DNA of 64,000 bases from the human T2T-CHM13v2.0 reference genome, Homo sapiens: assembly GCF_009914755.1 (NCBI RefSeq), contig NC_060937.1; one strand, written 5' to 3'. A program made the position numbers and the translations under genes. Below, piece after piece: positions 41,971-57,654 of this stretch. The notes beneath the pieces are model-generated. The model ran no database searches. It was not told the origin of the DNA and worked only from the letters and a program-made list of their open reading frames with translations. The number at the start of each line of letters is the position of its first letter. The first letter of the stretch is position 1.

Positions 41971-42355
41971 TGTTATGAAAAAAACTTGAGACTGTAATAT
42001 CCCCCTAAAACTGAGAAGAAACCATGAAACCAAAGAATGACTCAGGCAAGTCCAATTTGATGGGTAGATGAGTTTATTAGGACTTATATACAAGGCACTC
42101 CTGGATGGCGGCAGTAGCGGTCTAGATATCTGCACCACCTCCCATCTCTAACCTGCTTTTAAGCTAATTTTATGGCTTGAGCAATGATACTTTTTTTTTT
42201 TTGGTAGGTTCTCCGATACTCTCTAGTATGTGTGGGTTCTCAGGGACACCTGCTCCTTCGTTCGGCACCATGGTTTTGACTCACTGCCCAGCCTTCAGGG
42301 TTTAGGTATCAGACATGCACACCTATTAGCCTCTTGGAAGACCTGTGACACTACA
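41971..42355 (-). mobile_element. Solo LTR (LTR47-like ERVL) nested in gag
   Basis: TG...CA termini; minus-strand AATAAA (gagtttattagg); gggttctcagggacacctgctcc; gag is colinear across the insert. Confidence 0.75.
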
Positions 42356-43442
42356 CATTCCTCTACAGTACACCAAGGCACTCCTGGCATTACAATTAAA
42401 TATAGTATAGGGTAATGTCTTTCTGTGTCCAAGATAACCAGCCAAATAAACTGCTATAGTCATTTCTAACCAATTTAGCTATATCATTGAATCTAGAATC
42501 TCCATTTGGCTCACATGAATAAACTTGGTCTGATCCAATGCTGTATTCATTCAACCACTATCCCAAATGTTTAATTCTGTTAATATTCATTGCTGTTAGT
42601 ATGAAGAAGAAAAAATCATTCAGTTCTTTTGGATTGTGTGCATTCTCTTATGGGTCATTCTTTAAATTTCATCATTTGGTTACCTGATACTTGAGGAAAC
42701 TACCTTAGGAGAGGTCATTACAGCTTCTTCAGGCAATTGAGGGTTAACAAATTCAGAAAGGGATAGAAGCGCTGCATCTACTGACAAGAACTCAGTAGAA
42801 TTTAGGGGTTCAATATTCCTAGATTGATCAGGATCCTTCCCAGGTCCCCCATTCCAATTTCCGGGATACCCTTCCTACTCAATCAATGCTGTAACTTTAA
42901 AAGAGTATACCTTTTATGGATGGGAATTCAGTTTGGATCATAATTTACCCATTTGTAAGATTTGCTAATTACAGCATTTGTAAGATTTGGATTGAGTTAT
43001 CAGAAACCTCTGCTCTGGCTATAGGAGATAAAGGTTTATTTCAGGCCAGATATGGAAATTCTCAGGTTGTGTAAGTTCAGCTGGAACTAGAAATTTAAAT
43101 ACATTCTTTAATTTTTCTCCACATTTCCCAGGATAATTATTAGCAATTAGCCAATCTTATTATACCTATTATTTTGACAAATGTGTTGTAAGGTGTCAAG
43201 TGTATGGTCACCCAAAACTTACCTTTTGATTAGGAGCATTTAATGATAATATTTTGCTTATCTCTACTGCCACAGCACAATACTGCCATCAGTGCCATTT
43301 TTACCAGTGGAAACAGTCCATCTGTACCACTGGAAACAGTTACTAATGAATTTAAATCTAATCACATTAAAGAATCAATTCTAGAAACCCTGGAAGCAAT
43401 TCAGAAAACATAATTTATAACAACTCTCAATATCAAAGTCTA

Positions 43443-43597
43443 TGTCATTCAGGATTTTTTTCAGGGAGAGAAACATAACCAATACGTTGTATGTGTGTGT
43501 GTAAAACATAATACATATCCATAGGGGTGTGTGTGTGTGTGTGTGTGTATATATAAATGTATATATGTATGTGTATTATATATATATATATATATAT
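43443..43597 (-). mobile_element. MLT2 5' LTR remnant with a (TG)n(TA)n microsatellite
   Basis: tcaggattttttcagggagagaaacataaccaata followed by the TG/TA repeat typical of MLT2. Confidence 0.7.
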
Positions 43598-45115
43598 GTA
43601 GTCTTATACTGCATAACAATGCTTCAGTCAATGATGGACAACATATACAATGGTGGTACCATAGGATTATAATGGAGCTAAAAAATTTCTTTCACTAATG
43701 ATGTTAGAGCTGTCATAATGTGGTGGTGCAACTCTTTATTCATGAATTTGTGGTGATGCTCATGTAGGCAAAGACACTGCACTGCCTGTAGTATAAAAGT
43801 ATATCACATATAATCGTGTACAATGTATAATACTTGATAATGAAATAAACAACAATGTTAATTATTCATTTACTATACTATATTTTTAGGTTGTATTTTT
43901 TTAGATTGTAATCCTTCTGCTTTTCTTAAAAAAGTTAACCGTAAAATAGCTTCAGGCAAGTTCTTCAAGAAGTATTTCAGGATAATATATTCTTATCATA
44001 GGAGATGACAGCTCCATACATATGATTGTTCTTAAAGAACTTCAAGTGGGACAAGATGTGAAGGTGGAAGACAGTGATGTTGATGATCCTGATCCTGTGT
44101 AGGCCTAGTCTAATGTGTGTGTGTGCGTGTGTGTGTGTCTTAGTTTTTAACAAAAACGTTTAAAAAGTAAAAAAAGGTCCAGGCACGGTGGCTGACGCCT
44201 GTAATCCCAGCACTTTGGGAGGCCAAGGTGGGTGGATCACGAGGTCAGGAGTTCAAGATCAGCCTGGCCAAGATGTTGAAACCCCGTCTCTACTAAAAAT
44301 GCAAAAAAATTTAGCTGGGCATTGTGGCACATGCCTGTAATCCCAGCTACTCAGGAGGCTGAGGCAGATAATTACTTAAACACGGGAGGCGGAGGTTGCA
44401 GTGAGCTGAGATTGCGCCACTGCACTCCAGCCTGGGCGACAGAGTGAGACTCCATCTCAAAACAAAACAAAAGTAAAAAAAAAGTTTACATAGAAAAATG
44501 CTTATTGAATACAAATAAAGAAGATTTGTACAGCTGCACAATGTGTTTGTGTTTTTAGTTAAGTGTTATTATAAAATAGTCATTTTTTTAAATTAAAAGT
44601 ATATAAGGTAAAATAAATTGCAGTAGGCTACTGTGAACTTATTGAAGTAAAGAGATCACTTTATAAACTTAGTGTAGCACAGGTGTACAGTGTTTAGAAA
44701 GTCTACAGTACTGTATAGTAATGTCCTAGGCCTTCACAGTCATTCACCATTAACTCCCTGACTTATCCAGAACAACCTCCAGTCCTGCAAGCTCCATTTA
44801 TGGTAAATGCATTATGTAAGTATAAAAACTTTTGTCTTTTATATCATAATTTCAATGTTCCTTTTCTATATTTAAATATGTTTTGATACATAAATCCTTA
44901 ATATTTTGTTACAATTGCATACAGTATCGAGTACAGTAACATGCTGTACAGTTTTGTAGCCTAAGAGCAATAGACTACACAATTTATCCTAGGTGTATAG
45001 TAGGCTGCACCACCTACGTTTGTGTAAGTACACTCTGTGATGTTCACACACCAATGAAATTGCCAAAAGACACAGGCCACATAAGGTATCCATGTCATTA
45101 AATGAATATATTTAC
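43598..45115. mobile_element. Tigger3 (Golem, Tigger3b-like) DNA transposon
   Basis: tagtcttatactgcataacaatg...ggtggtaccataggattataatggagct; ends gtatccatgtcattaa; inserted at a TA repeat. Confidence 0.88.
44176..44468 (+). mobile_element. AluSg-like Alu nested in Tigger3
   Basis: ggatcacgaggtcaggagttcaag; TSD aaaagtaaaaaaa. Confidence 0.94.
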
Positions 45116-45409
45116 GCATGTTGTGTGTGTTGATAGATGAATGTATGCTTTTATTTTCATTTTTGACAAAATATATTGTTAGCTTTTTTACATAGACACT
45201 GTGTACCAAGAACAGGAAAAATTTAGGCAAGGACTCTGCTGTCTAAGTGATTGCATAACAGTTGAAAAAAATAGTCAACCAAACAGACTGTTATAAAAAG
45301 TGTATCAGTTTACATGATTGGGAAAGTATATTTTTTAAGAGCTCAGAGGAGGATTATATAATAGAGACCAAAAATGTCAAGATAGTGGGATCCCTGCTTT
45401 TCCTAAGGG

Positions 45410-45737
45410 CAGATTTATTCTGGTTATTCTCATGTCTTGGAAACTGCTTCTCCTAAATAATTGTATGGTTTATCCCCTCAGTTCATGCAGATATCTATTT
45501 AGAAATCCATCTCACTAGAGTCATTTGCCTTATCACTTTATCTCTTCATGATATTTATTCACCTTACTCTAATTCATTTTTTTCATCACAGTGCCTGATA
45601 TCACTTAGTTTTTTGTATGCATTTGTGTGAGACCAAGGAAAGCATAAATTTTACTTGTATTATTTATCAATGTATTTTTTCTTAGTATCTACAGTAAATT
45701 TTAACACATTGTAGGCATTCAAAACAATTTTGTTGAG
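45410..45737 (+). mobile_element. L2 3' fragment
   Basis: Ends acacattgtaggcattcaaaacaattttgttga. Confidence 0.55.
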
Positions 45738-45739
45738 AG

Positions 45740-48700
45740 AGATAGAGTAAGATAACAGAATAGGTCTGTCCGGTGATAATAATCTGCCACACAAATACCA
45801 GTTTGAACAACTACCCATGTGCAAAAATATCTTTACAAGAGTTAAAGAAATAAGTTGAAAAGTGACCTTTTTGTAGCACAATTAAAAAAAAAAGATGTTT
45901 TGAAGAAGGTTGGAAGGACAGTTTTACAGTATTGAGTCACCCATTCCCCAAGCACATTCAGCACAATAAACAGAGAGATAACATTTGCTCCAGGGAGAAA
46001 TGAGGAATTGAGCACAGGACTTGGCCTTGGACCTCAACAGGGAGTCCTGCACAATAAAACCCAGCACCAGGAAAACACCTAGAGCTCCCTATTCTAGGAA
46101 TATAACTGTAGACTAAGCATCTAAGCCCATCCCAGAACCAGGTGGGATTACAAAGCCCCAGGCTTTAGGCTTGCGTGGCAGACTCTGTCTCCAGCCTGCA
46201 CCACCACTGGGCCAACTGTAGTGGCCCCAAACTCCTGACAGACAACAGTGACAAGCAGGCTTCAGTGGCCCCAGGATCCAGGCACTACTCAGTGCTGTAA
46301 AAGCTGTGTAAATCCCTGGACTCCTGGTGTGCTCCAGTGCCACCCTGGCCACAGTTTCCCCAGGCTTTTGGTCTGCTCAAGAGCCATAATAACCACAGAG
46401 ACCTTAGGCTTTGAGACCACACCAAATGGCTTGTCCATAATCTCTGGACAGGCTGACAATTGATAAGCTTTCTCAGATAAAGACAGTCTATATAGAAGTT
46501 AGAGTAAAAAGCTACTTATTTGAATGTGCAGACATCAGCACATGACTACAAGGATCAAGAACAACCAGGAAAACAGGATATCAACAAAAGGGGGGTAAAA
46601 TAAAGTATCAGTAACCCACTCTAAAGAAATAAATATTTATGAACTACCTGAGAGAAAATTCAAAGTAACTTTTTTTGAGGAAGCTCAGCCACCTCCAAGA
46701 AAATAAAGAGGATCAATTCAACAACATCAGAATACAATAAGTGATCAAAATGAGCAATTTAATATGGAGATTGAGACAAAAAATTAAACCAAATTTTGGA
46801 GCTGTAAAATACAATAAATAATATTTTAAAATGCAATAGAGAGCATAAACAGCAGAATTGATTTAGCAGAAGAAAGAATCTGTTCACTCAAAGACAGATT
46901 ACTTGACAATATATCAAAGGAGAAAAAATAGAAAAGAATAAAAAAACTGAAGAATGCTTATGAGATTTATAGGAAAGCTTAAAAAGAGCAAATGTATGAG
47001 TAATAGGAGTTAATAAGGAGAGGAGAAAAATAAAGGAGTAAAATGCTTTTCTAAAAAAAATAGTAGCAATAAACTTTCCGAGCCTAATGAAAGAAGTACT
47101 CATCCAGGTAAAATGTAGTCAAAGGTCTACATTCAGATTCAATTCACAAAAGACTACCCTAAAATATATTAGAATCAAGATGTCAAAAATTAGAGACAAA
47201 GAGGATACTGAAAGCTGCAACAGCATATAAGAAAATAACATAAAAAAGAGTTTCAATATAGCTAGCAGCGGACTGCTCTATAGGAACTTTTGAAGCCAGG
47301 AAAGAGTAGAATAATATAAACATTGTGCTGAGAAAAATACAAAAAACTAAAAATTAAAAACTGTCAATCAAAAATATTTTACTCATCAATGATATTCTTG
47401 AGCCTGAAGGAGAAATAAAGACATTCCCAGACAAAGAAAAACTGAGGGAATTCATCACTATGATGTCTGTCTTGCAAGAAACGCTAAAGGGAGGTTTTTA
47501 AGCTGAAATTTAAAAAATGCTAATAACATGAAGAAAAGGAAAGTGTAAAACACACTGGTAAAACAAGTGCATAGAATAATACTTTAAGGGTGGTGTGTAA
47601 ATTACTTATACTTTTTTGTATAAATGTTAAAGGACAAAGCTATTAAAATCATAACCACTATAATTTATTAAGAAAAATACAAAAAAGATGTAAATTATGA
47701 TATTAGACCCTCAAAATATGTGTGGGGATAGTGGAGTATTACTGCACAAGTGATTTTTAAATTTTCTAATCAAAGTTAAGTTGTTATCAGATATCTTAAA
47801 CAGCAGGTTTAAGACAACCTGCTGTAATTATAAGATTTCCTTTTCAGCCTAATGGTATCCACAAAACAAAAACCAATACCAGAGGTACAAAAAGACAAGG
47901 GAATCAAAACATTCCATTAAAGAAAATCACTTAGCCATATATGAAACAGCAAGAGAGGAAAAGAGAACAAAGAATCTACAAAACAACCAGAAAAAGCAGA
48001 CATTACAACCGACACTACAGAAATACAAAGAATCAGAAGAGGCTACTATGAAAAATTATATAACAACAAAATTGTAAACTTAGAATACATTGATATATTC
48101 CTTGACACAAACAACCTGTAAACACTGAATTATGAAGAAATAGAAAGCCAAAATAGGACATTAACAAGAAATAGGATTAAATCTGCACTAAAAATATTTT
48201 ATCAAAGAAAAGCCCAAGAGCTAATGACATCTCTGATACATTTTATTAAACAATCATAGAAAAAGTAATACCATTTATTCTAAAACTCTTAAAAAAAACT
48301 GAGAAAGAAGAACTACTTCCAAACTTATTTTAAAGACCGGGATTGGCCTGATACAAAGGCCATATAAGAAAACTGTAAAAAAAGAAAACTACAGGATAAT
48401 ATTCCATATGAAAATAGATGCAAAAATTCTCAACAAAATATTATTAAACCAAATCAAACAGTTCATTAAAAGACCATTCACCATTATCAACACCATTCCC
48501 ATTTCACAGGGAAATACTGAAAGCTTTTTTGGAACAACAAAAATCTGGAACAAGACAAGAATGCACACTCCTGACACTTTTATTCAACATTGTACTAGAA
48601 GTCATAGCCAGAGCAATTACGCAAAAGAAAGAAATAAAAGGCAACAAAATAGGAAAGAAAAAGCTAAAATCATTTTTGTTTGCAGATGATGTGAACTTAT

Positions 48701-51128
48701 ATATAGAAAACACTAAAGACTCCAGCAAAAAACTCTTAGAACTAATAAAAAATGCAGTAAAGTTTCAAGATACAAAATTGACATACAAAAAGTACTAGTG
48801 CTTCTATATACACTAACAGCAAACTATCTAAATGAAATCAAGGAAAACAATTTCAATTGCCTAAAATAAAAATAAACTATGCAGAAATAAGATTACTAAA
48901 CAAATGAAAGCCCTAATACTGAAAACTATAAAACAGTGATGAAAGAAATTGAAAAAGACAAAAATAAATATACAAATATCTTGTGTTTATGGATTGGAAA
49001 AATTAATATTATTAAAATATGTACACCAAAGCAATCTACTGATGCAATTGATTTACTATCAATATATGAATGACAATGCAATTACTATGAAAATATCAAT
49101 AATGTTCTTCACAGAAATAGAAAAATCTGTAACATGTATGATACCACAAAAGATCTTCAATAGACAAAGCAATTTTGAACATAAAGAACAAAGCTGGAAT
49201 CATCAAACTTCTGGCCTGACTTTAAAAAATATGACAAAACTATAGTAACTAAAACATCATGGCACTGGCATAAAAACAGACACTTAGACTAATAAAATAG
49301 AGTTGAGATCCCAGAAATAAATCCATGCACTTGCAGTCAACTGATTTTTGGCAAATTTCCATAGCCCAAAATGGGAAAGAATAGTCCCTTCAACACATGG
49401 GACAGTTGGATAGCCATATATGGAAGAATAAAACTAGACCCTTATCTCACAGCATATATGAAAATCAACTAAAAATGAATTAAAGACTTAAAGGTAAATC
49501 TGAAACTAAAAAGCTACTAGAAGAAAACAAAGGTGTAAATCTCTGTAACTTTGGTTTAGGAAATTTTTTTTTGTATATGACCACAAAAGGTACAAGCAAT
49601 AAATGCAAAAATAGACAAATAGAATGATATCAAACAAACAAGTTGTTTTCACAGCAAAGAAAACATTCAACCAAGTAAAGAGACAAACTACAAAAGAGAA
49701 GACTGTATTTGCAAACAAAATATCTAAAATGGGTTTAATAGCCAGAATATATAAAGTAAAACTTAATACCTAGAAAACAATCTACAGAATGGGAAAAATA
49801 TTTGCAAACTATGTATTTGATATGGAATTAATGTCCAAAATATAAAAGCAATCCAAGCAAGTGAATAGCACGAAAACAAATAACATAATTTAAAAGTGGA
49901 CAAAGATCTGAATAGACATTTCTCAAAAGAAGACATACAAATGGTGAACAGATACATGGAAAAATGCACAATGTCATATGTCATCAGGGAAATGAAAATT
50001 AAAATCAAATATCACCTAAACCGGCTGGAATGGCTATTGTCAAAAGACAAATGATATCAACTATTGGGAAGGATGGGGAGAAAACAAAAACCTCAGATAC
50101 TGTTGGTATAAATATATATTAGTATTCTCCTTTAGAAAATATTATGGAGGTTCCTCAAGAAGTGAAAAATAGAAATATCATAAGATCCAAAAATTCCACT
50201 ACTGTATATGTATCTAAAAGAAATAAAATCAGCACATTGAAGAGATCTCTGCACTCCGATGTTATTGCAGCACTATTCACAATAGACAAGATTTGGAATC
50301 AACCAGTATACATCAACAGATAAATAGATAAGGAAAAAGAGGTATATACACACAATGGAGTACTATTCAGCTATTAACAAGAAAGTGGGCCAAATATAGT
50401 GGCTCACACCTATAATCCCAGCCTTTGGGAGGCCAGGGTAGGTGGATCACTTGAGCTCAGATCACCAGTCTGGGCAACATGACAAAACCCTTTCTCTACA
50501 AAAAATACAAAAATTAGTCAGGCATGGGGGCACACACCTGTAGTCCTGCTACCTGGGGAGCTGAGGTGAGCAGATCACTTGAGACCAGGAGGCTGAGGCT
50601 GCAGTGAGCCGAGATGGTGCCACTGCACTCCAGCATGGGCTATGGGAGACCCTGTCTTAAAAAACAAAAAGGTAATTCTGTCTTTCAACAACATAAATAA
50701 CCTGGAGGACATTATTTTAATTGAAATAAGCCAGGCACCGAAAGACACATACTGCATGATCTCAGTTATATGTTAGATCTAAAAAACTTGAACTCATAGA
50801 AGTGGACAGTAGTATGGTGTTTGCCAAGGACTAGGGTGGTTGGGAGTGAAGTGGCAAGATGTTGGTCAAATGATACAATATTTCAGTTAGATAGGAAGAA
50901 TAAGTTCAAGAGATCTATTTTACAACATGGTAACTATAGTTAAAAACATATAGTATTCTTTAAAAATGTTAAGATAGCTATGTATTCTCACAACAAAATG
51001 ACACGTATGTTAGGCAATGCATAGGTTATTTGCTACATTTAGTTGTTCCAAAAGTTACATTTCAAAGCATCACATTGTACTTGATAAATATATGCAATTT
51101 TATCTGTCAGTATAAACAGAGCAATAAA
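45740..51128 (+). mobile_element. Long L1M/L1MA element: 5' UTR, ORF1 and ORF2 remnants with internal deletions, 3' UTR
   Basis: ORF fragments [20 protein letters not shown] and [21 protein letters not shown]...[12 protein letters not shown] (RT FADD motif); ORF1-like DNA at 46.55-47.5 kb; L1MA 3' UTR at 50.7-51.1 kb. Confidence 0.9.
50388..50665 (+). mobile_element. AluJ nested in the L1 3' region
   Basis: ggatcacttgagctcag...ggaggctgaggctgcagtgagccgagatggtgcc. Confidence 0.92.
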
Positions 51129-51132
51129 AAAC

Positions 51133-51445
51133 AATGGATAAAGCTGGAGGCCATTATCCTTAGCAAACTAATACAGGAGCAGAAAACTAAATACCACATA
51201 TTATTCTTACTTATAAGTGGGAGTTAAATGATGGGAACACATGGACACATAGAGGGAAACAACACACATTGGGGTCTTTCAGAGAGTAGATGGTGGCAGA
51301 AAGGAGAGGATTGGGAAAAATAATTAATGGGTACCAGGCTTGATACCTGGGTGATGAAATGGCCTGTACATCATGACAAAAATTTACCTACGTAACAAAA
51401 CTGCACTTGTACCCCTGAACTTAAAATACAAGTTAAAAAAAAAAA
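51133..51445 (+). mobile_element. L1PA13-15-like 3' end
   Basis: gctggaggccattatccttagcaaactaa...ttgtacccctgaacttaaaatacaagtt followed by an A-tail. Confidence 0.88.
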
Positions 51446-52037
51446 CTGAGGTTAAAAATGAATAACTCTAAAAAACCCCCACAAACAATGGCATTGAAGA
51501 GATGTATAACAAAGAATAATTTGAATGTGAAGTCAGGAATTGGTGTTACAGGGGCAAGATAAGAGGCTGAAATTTAACTTTATTATTAAATCAAGCATCA
51601 CCTGATTAAAAATTAATTCAGGCAAAATAGACTGGAAGAGAAAAGAGTGAGTCACATAGGTCAGTTGGGAGAATCTGGTGGTATTCCTAATGAGAGATTA
51701 CGGTAGTATGCTCAGAGAGACATGGTGGGTTGGAAATTGCACAGATAACAAGAGTCTTTTAAAAATAAAAGTACATGCTTTTCAATGAATTCTATATGGG
51801 AGTAAGGAAAAGAACCAAATCAAGAATAAAATCTAAGGTTTTTATTAGGAAAACTTTATTTTCCACAGAAGAGAAAAAAAGGGCAAGTGGTATGGATTTG
51901 GAGTAATGACTGACATATTACACCTTTTGAGTTTCAGCTGCCTAAGGAACATATAATTGGACATGTCTATTGATGTTTAATATAGACTCCTTATTATTGA
52001 AATTATGTGACTGAGCACAGATATACTTTTATTATTT

Positions 52038-52279
52038 GCATCTTGATTTGGCTTCTCCCAGAACAAGATCCAGAGAGAAGAAAATAAATGAAAATCATTT
52101 ATTTGGCAGAAAACATCAATATGAGCATGGAGAAGTTAGTAAGGAGAGAAATTAAAGTTAATAATGGATGCACTATCTATCCAGTTACTATTATAAATGT
52201 CTGGAATTTAAATTAAAAGGTAAGTTCTCAAAAATGGTGGAAAGCACATGCCTTTAAATTATTCTTTCTGAAAAGAGCT

Positions 52280-52352
<73 letters not shown>

Positions 52353-52640
52353 ACCAGTCACTAGAGAAGATGGTCTCAGAGATGTCAAATAATTACTTAT
52401 TATAATAAAAAATAAAAGTTTTTTGCTAAAATAGATCTAATAGACCATTACAGGAACACAATTAAAATGTAAATATATGGAAGCATTTTCCAACAGTAGT
52501 ATTAGTTTGCAGTGCAAGTAGGCAGAGAACTTGAGGCTTTGGAAAATGCCTACAGGCCAAGAGATGCTGACGTGTAAAGGCACAAGCAAGTAGTGAGAGC
52601 TAAACTATTTGGAGAGAGCACTGAATATAACATCAACAGA
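52038..52640 (-). mobile_element. Old ERVL LTR (LTR16/LTR40-like)
   Basis: tcttgatttggcttctcccagaacaagatccagag...tttatttgg; weak similarity. Confidence 0.4.
52283..52345. repeat. (TA)n microsatellite
   Basis: About 30 TA units with a central CACA. Confidence 0.97.
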
Positions 52641-53770
52641 GTGTTTTAAATTGTCCCAGTATTTCTCTATTCATAAGTAAAAATTCCTATTAACATTTTA
52701 AAAATATTTTTGTATAATTAATTCAATTCTTTCAAAATTAATTTCAGATTCAGTTTTGTAATAAAGCAGAATTCTATGGCTTTCTTATTGTCTTCAAGCA
52801 TCCAGGAGTGACTGTACATTATATTAAAAAACTAGATTTTTTAATCATCTATCCAAAATATCCTTCAGAATGTCTTATTGACGTTTAAAATACAGTTTCA
52901 ATATTAGTAAAATAATTTTAATGCCAAATGTTAGGGTAATTAGTCTAAAAAATCATTATTTTACAGCCATAACCACATTAAGTGACTTCTCTGAGTTCAT
53001 TTATATCTAAATTTTCTTATGCTTGAAATTGTTTCGACTGTTTCAAAATGACTAAAATGAAATATCATTTAGAATAAAATTACTGTTTTCATAGTTGCTT
53101 TAATTTCAGTTTGCTCCATTATCTTTCTTCTCTATCTCTAATATTTTCTATGGATATGATTTATCACAGATACAGTTACTGAAGTTATTTTCAACTAATT
53201 ATTTGCACATTTGAATTATGCTTCTGTAATGGTCTGTTAAATGTATTTTAGCCTAAATTTTTATTATTTATTATAATATTTAGTTGATATTTCCAATAAA
53301 GCATCCCATATTGTTTGTTTTGCTTATTTTTCTTATATATTATTTGATCAAACTTATATATGATATAAAATAAATGTTGGATAAGATATCAAACATGTCT
53401 TCAAAATAGAAATTTGATGACAACCAGTTTATGTATGATATACATGAAAGTAAAAATTTTGCGTTTTAAACCCTTTACAGTACATTTCTATTTTGGAAGT
53501 ATGCAGTGTGACATGAACCTAAATACCTCCTAAAATATGAAATTATTTGTATATTTATCATTTCACCTAGTATAAGATAACATTTTATGAAGATATTTAT
53601 TAAAATGACTACCAAATGTTTAAATTATTTAACTACCAATTTTAATGATAATTGTCTTTAAATTATTTATCCTGGGAATCTTTACCAGTACGTGAATCAG
53701 ATATAAAAGAGTAGTAATTTAAATTTATATTTTGCTGCATATGACCAAAACTTTGCCAAGAAATAATATC

Positions 53771-55950
<2,180 letters not shown>

Positions 55951-55954
55951 GATT

Positions 55955-56976
55955 CTGAACAAATGAATAATATGTAAAGAGACTGAATTAGTAATCCAAA
56001 CCTCTCAACAAAGAAAAACCAGGAACAAATGGCTTCACTGGAAATTCTACCAAACACTTAACAGAAGCATTAACACCAATTCTAATTGAAGAGGTAATAA
56101 CAATTCCAAATTCATCTTATGAGGTCATCATTACCGTGGTATGAAAGCCACACAAAGACTACAAGAGAAGAAACCTATAAGTCAGTATCCATGATAAATA
56201 TGAATGCAAACATCTTTCTCAAAATACTAACAACCTAAATTCAACAACACATTAAAAGGATCATATACCATGACTAAGTGGAATTTATCCCTAGGATGCA
56301 AGTATAGTTCAACAAACACAAATTGAGTGATATGCTGTATTAACAAAATAAATGATAAAAATTACTTGATCATTTCAATAGATGTAGAAAAGCAATTTGA
56401 CAAAAATTGACACACTTTTATGATTAAAAACCGAATAAACTAGATATAGAAGGAATGTACTGGCTACCTATCAGGCACTACGTTCACTACCTTGGTGACA
56501 GGATCATGTATACACCAAATCTCAATGACACACAATTTACCCATGCAACAACTTGCACATGTACCCCAAACCTAAAATAAAAGTAGGCAAAAAAGAAGTT
56601 TACCTCAACATAATAAAGGCCATATATCACAAGCCCACAGCTAACATCACACTCAATGTTGAAAAAGAGAAATCTTTTCTTCTAAAGTTAGGAAGAAGGC
56701 AAAGGATGCAGATGTGCCATTTCTGTTCGAAATAGTACTGCAAGACCTAGCTAGAACAACTAGGCAAGACAAAGAAGTAAAATGCATCTAAATTGGACAT
56801 GAAGGAGTAAAATTATTTTTGTTTGAGAGTGGCATGATTTTATATATAGAAAACACTGAAGACACCACAAAAAGCTGTTAGCACTAATAAATTAAAATTA
56901 CAAGACACACAATCACTGTACACAAACCAGTTTGTTTCTGTGCATTAACAATGAAGTACTTAAAAAGAAATTTAAA
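55955..56976 (+). mobile_element. L1 ORF2 segment inverted relative to the adjacent 3' portion
   Basis: gatgtagaaaagcaatttgacaaaa; ORF VYLNIIKAIYHKPTANITLN. Confidence 0.88.
56461..56595 (+). mobile_element. L1PA15/16-like 3' tip nested in L1 ORF2
   Basis: tacctatcaggcactacgttcactaccttggtgac...gcacatgtaccccaaacctaaaataaaag. Confidence 0.8.
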
Positions 56977-57527
56977 ATTCTGGTCACATTGATACCATGA
57001 AGTCAATCACCTATTGAACTGTTAAACTGAATTGTTTTTAATATACTTAAGGATGGATTAATAAATTAATGCTAAGCTAGATCAATTTTTTCTATGATTA
57101 CATGATGCTATAGCAAAGTCCTATTGCCTTCTGGCCAGAAATTCACAATTAAGGAATGAGTCATAGAACTGAGTCAATCAAATAAGTAATATTATTTAAT
57201 TAGACATTCTTCTTGTAGTTAGTTGCTAGTTTTCCAATTCAACCTGAGTTCTGTAGCCTGTGGTTCCATTGTAGAGTTCTTAAACATAACATTGACCATC
57301 TTGGAAACGGCTTCTGATTTATATTTCTTTGGATTTAATTTACTAGTGTTAGCTGTGCAAGTTTGGGTTGGAACAGAAACATAGCCATATGTGAAAAGCT
57401 TTCATAATATATTAAATATGTGTATATATTAATAAGAAAAATAATTTAAAATAGCAAATGTATTGAAACTATTCAGCTGGATAAAAGATAGAAAAGGAGT
57501 TGTTCTATAGTAATAATTAGAAATATA

Positions 57528-57645
57528 TCTTTATCCATTCATCCTTTAGTGGACATTTAGGTTGATTCCATATATTGGCTATTGTGAATAGTGCTGCAAT
57601 AAACATGAAAGAGCAGGCATCTCTTTGATATACTGATTTCATACC
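57528..57645 (-). mobile_element. Short L1MA fragment
   Basis: ggacatttaggttgattccatatattggctattgtgaatagtgctgcaataaacatg. Confidence 0.85.
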
Positions 57646-57654
57646 CATATTTTA

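Larger units (their letters stand above)
37286..43442 (-). mobile_element. ERV-L provirus internal region (gag-pro-RT-RH-IN-dUTPase, no env), decayed
   Basis: ORF 40156-40500 QDITLVHFIDDIMLLG carries the RT YIDD-type motif; ORF 37969-38274 RNQGMGLEVAPLTISP...LPQGGTTFISLTWKLKLLPG matches the IN C-terminus and dUTPase; gag-like sequence at 41.7-43.4 kb; degenerate primer-binding site near 43420-43440. Confidence 0.9.

Noticed and set aside
48408-49245. L1 ORF2 peptides as a functional CDS
   Set aside because: They are frameshifted, the endonuclease domain is missing, and the sequence is heavily diverged.
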